Shown here: one piece after another, positions 61,420 to 64,000 of the stretch | How the letters are laid out: each line of letters opens with the position of its first letter | Numbering within the stretch: position 1 is the stretch's first letter | DNA from: Felis catus | Lineage: Eukaryota | Reading direction: 5' to 3' | Assembly (NCBI RefSeq): GCF_018350175.1 | Contig: NC_058376.1 | Span: 992,001 to 1,056,000 of the forward strand | Length of the DNA: 64,000 bases | Position numbers and translations under genes: made by a program | The notes under the pieces: model-generated | What the model was told of the DNA's origin: nothing | What the model saw: only the letters and a program-made list of their open reading frames with translations | The model's database searches: none

Positions 61420-61540
61420 GGGTAGATAGACAATGCAGACAGAGGGAGGAAGGTAGACAGTGCCTGACACACAGTAATGACATTCTTGTTTTTGTTTTTG
61501 TGGTTCTTGTTAATTATGTGCTGGCCTTCCCATTCAGTTT

Positions 61541-61584
61541 AAAACAAAACAAAACAAAACAAAACAAAACAAAACAAAACAAAA
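61541..61584. repeat. (AAAAC)8 microsatellite
   Basis: Direct reading of the sequence. Confidence 0.98.
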
Positions 61585-61812
61585 GAAGCGGCTGTTAATA
61601 ATGCACAGGCCAGCGAGGATGAGACCCGAGGGCAAGAAGACTGGGGTTGAGCAGAACTCTGGCAACACACCCCGTTCAGGCCGACAAGAAGTCAGTGTCC
61701 CCTCCCACCTCTTCAGCAGCCAGTATGTGACTGTGACTCGGCTGGGCCTGGACGCAGACAGGTCAGATGCATGTCGTTCCCCCGAAATGTTGCCATCACA
61801 TACATAAAATAC

Positions 61813-62135
61813 GGTGTCTTGGTCTACTCAGGCTGCCACCACAAAACACCGTGGACGGGTGGCTTAAAGTGACGATATTTATTTCTCAAGTTCTGGAGGC
61901 TGGAAGTTTGAGACCAGAGGGCCCGCAGGGTCAGTTGTTGGTTCAGGGCCCTGGTCCAGGCCTGCAGACGGGCTGCCTTCTCACCGAGCCCTCACTTGGG
62001 GGGAAGAGAGAGCACTGGTGTCTCCTGTTCTTCTGATAAGGCCACAACACCACCCCCAGGACTTCACGTGACCACCTTCAGGTACAGTCACGGGGCAGGG
62101 GGAGCTTTGACATATGAATTCGAGAGGTGGGGAGG
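61813..62135 (-). mobile_element. MLT1A-like LTR
   Basis: Contains tcaggctgccaccacaaaacacc…ggtggcttaaa…atttatttctcaagttctggaggctggaagt…acatatgaatt. Confidence 0.82.
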
Positions 62136-64000
62136 GGGAATCTGGCCAAGAGCACCTGGTTTCTGAGACCGAGGAGAGAAGAGGCTCCGGACGAGCCAAG
62201 TGAACGATTCAAACGTGGCGCTAACGACTCCAGGGTCTGCCCTCACGGCTTGCAGAGACAGCTCGAGGCCCTCACTGTGGATGACGCACGGCACCGCTGG
62301 CAGGGTCTTCTGGGCCCCAGCCTGGCTCCCACTCCCCTGGCATGGTCACATGGCACAGAAACACCGGCCCGCCTGGGCGCCAGCTCACATGGCTCCAGCT
62401 GGAGCAGGCGCCCCGCCTCTCACCACCCCTATGGAGCCACCACCTCCAAGTCGACGGCCCTGTGCCAAGCGTGGACTCGGCACCACGCGCCATCCCAGAC
62501 CCGCAAAATAAACCGGCATCAGACCTGGGCCGAGAGCTGGCGAAATAACAAAGAGAGGCACAGGGGGCCCCGGGGGCGGCAGGACCTCCAGGGCCAGGGC
62601 CAGGGCCATTCTGAGTCCGGGCTGGGGGGCAGGTGAGAAGCGCGCGTGTGCTCGTGTATGCACACGTACGCGTGCAAGCATGTGTGCAGGTACACGCAGG
62701 AGAGCACCGTCCGAGGGACACACCTGATCTCCACACATGCTCCTGACTTAGCTCACGCACGAGAGCCCAAGCACACACACTTCCAGTTGGCTTCTGGAAA
62801 CCTGTCTAAATCTCTAATGCTTATCAACTCGCTACCTCACATAAAATTTGCACGCTAAATGTTTCTCTTAGTTTTCCTTTAAAAGGAATCCTAGAAGATG
62901 AGTTTCCTCCACCTCTACGCAGCTGCTCCTGAACCCTCAACCAGCCCCTGTGGGAGGTGCCAAAAAGCCTCCCTCTCCCAGAAGGGTAGTCTAGGCTCTG
63001 GGAGGATACCCCTGGGTCAAGGTCACCTAGGGAACGTGTGCAGAAGCTGGGATTCCAACTGAGGGCACTGGTCCAGCACTAATCAGTAACCAGACAGGGG
63101 CTACCAGGAGCTCCACCCACAGAGAGAAGATGCCCTGCAGACCCTCAACATCCATCTCACCCGGGAAGCTGGGCAGAGCACCCCGACCTGGGCCAGTCTC
63201 GTGCCGCAGGGCACCCGGGCAGGCCCACGGAGCATGGCAATGCTGCCAGGGAAAAGGAGCTCACAGGGCCGGAGGGCAGAGACGGCACCAACGAGAGTTG
63301 GCTCCGTGAGTCCCACATGCCCCGCACACGGGGCTGCTCCCCTTGAAGCCAGCCAGGCCCAAGGAGGCGCAGGAGAGACTCACATGTTCCTTCAGGAGCT
63401 GTTCCTGTGAGGACCGTGGGCCGGGGGATGGAGGGGAGGAGCCTGCACGCACGGAAGGTGGGGACCCTGTGGACCAGGTTCCGGGCGAGGCCTCTGCCTG
63501 AGTCACCCGATTACTCCCACGGCTCCGGGGCCGCGGCTCGGAGAGACCACGCAAGTCGTTCCAGTCACATGTGGTCGGTGCAGGGACCCCATTCGGACAA
63601 CTGCCCACCCCCTGTGAGACCGCAGAGAGCCCAGCACGAGTTTGCACAGGAGCAACACACAGAGAGGGCACATGCACGTCCGGCTTCTCCCCACCGCCTG
63701 GGTGGGACAGGCTGCCACCCACAGCAGGCCTCCCCTCTGCCCCCTGCAAGGGACAAGACAGGCCAGGAAGCAGGCGGAAGGCCCCAACCTAGCCCAAATC
63801 CGTGGCCTCCCTGGGAAGCTGCCCAGGTCAGCACTGGGTCTGCTGGTCCTGGGTCCCCATGGTTCCCTGGACTGGGCTCTCCCGGCAGCTCCCCGTGCGC
63901 TGGGCACATGGCTCCCTGTGGGGACGAGGCGCTCCAGGCAGGGAAGGCTGGGCCCATGGAGAGCAGGGACGGATGCCCTGCCCTGCCCAGCCCGCCCTGG

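Noticed and set aside
1-64000. Telomeric arrays, NUMT, rRNA/tRNA genes and non-retroviral endogenous viral elements
   Set aside because: I saw no (TTAGGG)n array and no mitochondrial, rRNA or viral-like ORFs. tRNA-like A/B boxes occur only as SINE heads.

Overview
This is mammalian genomic DNA, almost certainly felid: it carries many tRNA-derived carnivore SINEs of the SINEC_Fc/CanSINE type and a carnivore-type LINE-1. The window is GC- and CpG-rich, looks subtelomeric, and has two N gaps. I could not recognise any protein-coding gene by sequence, and most of the listed ORFs are GC-rich noise or repeat-derived. Repeats dominate: a near-complete Tigger2-type DNA transposon (1.5-6.1 kb), a full-length but inactivated L1 (17.9-24.9 kb) preceded by a 5'-truncated L1 that shares its stop codons, ancient L1M fragments, MaLR/ERVL/ERV LTRs, MIRs and 13 SINEs. 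There are two CpG-island-like regions (about 11.5-12.6 kb and 35-37.7 kb). The most notable unexplained structures are a 33-bp minisatellite with a 165-bp higher-order period, an apparent retro-transduced host sequence inside the Tigger, two SINEs carrying 3'-transduced tags, a 5'-inverted SINE, a perfect 24-bp palindrome, and an RFX X-box next to candidate plus-strand exons. I found no evidence for CRISPR or any other prokaryotic-type system. Repeat subfamily names come from my recollection of consensus sequences and need RepeatMasker/Dfam confirmation.
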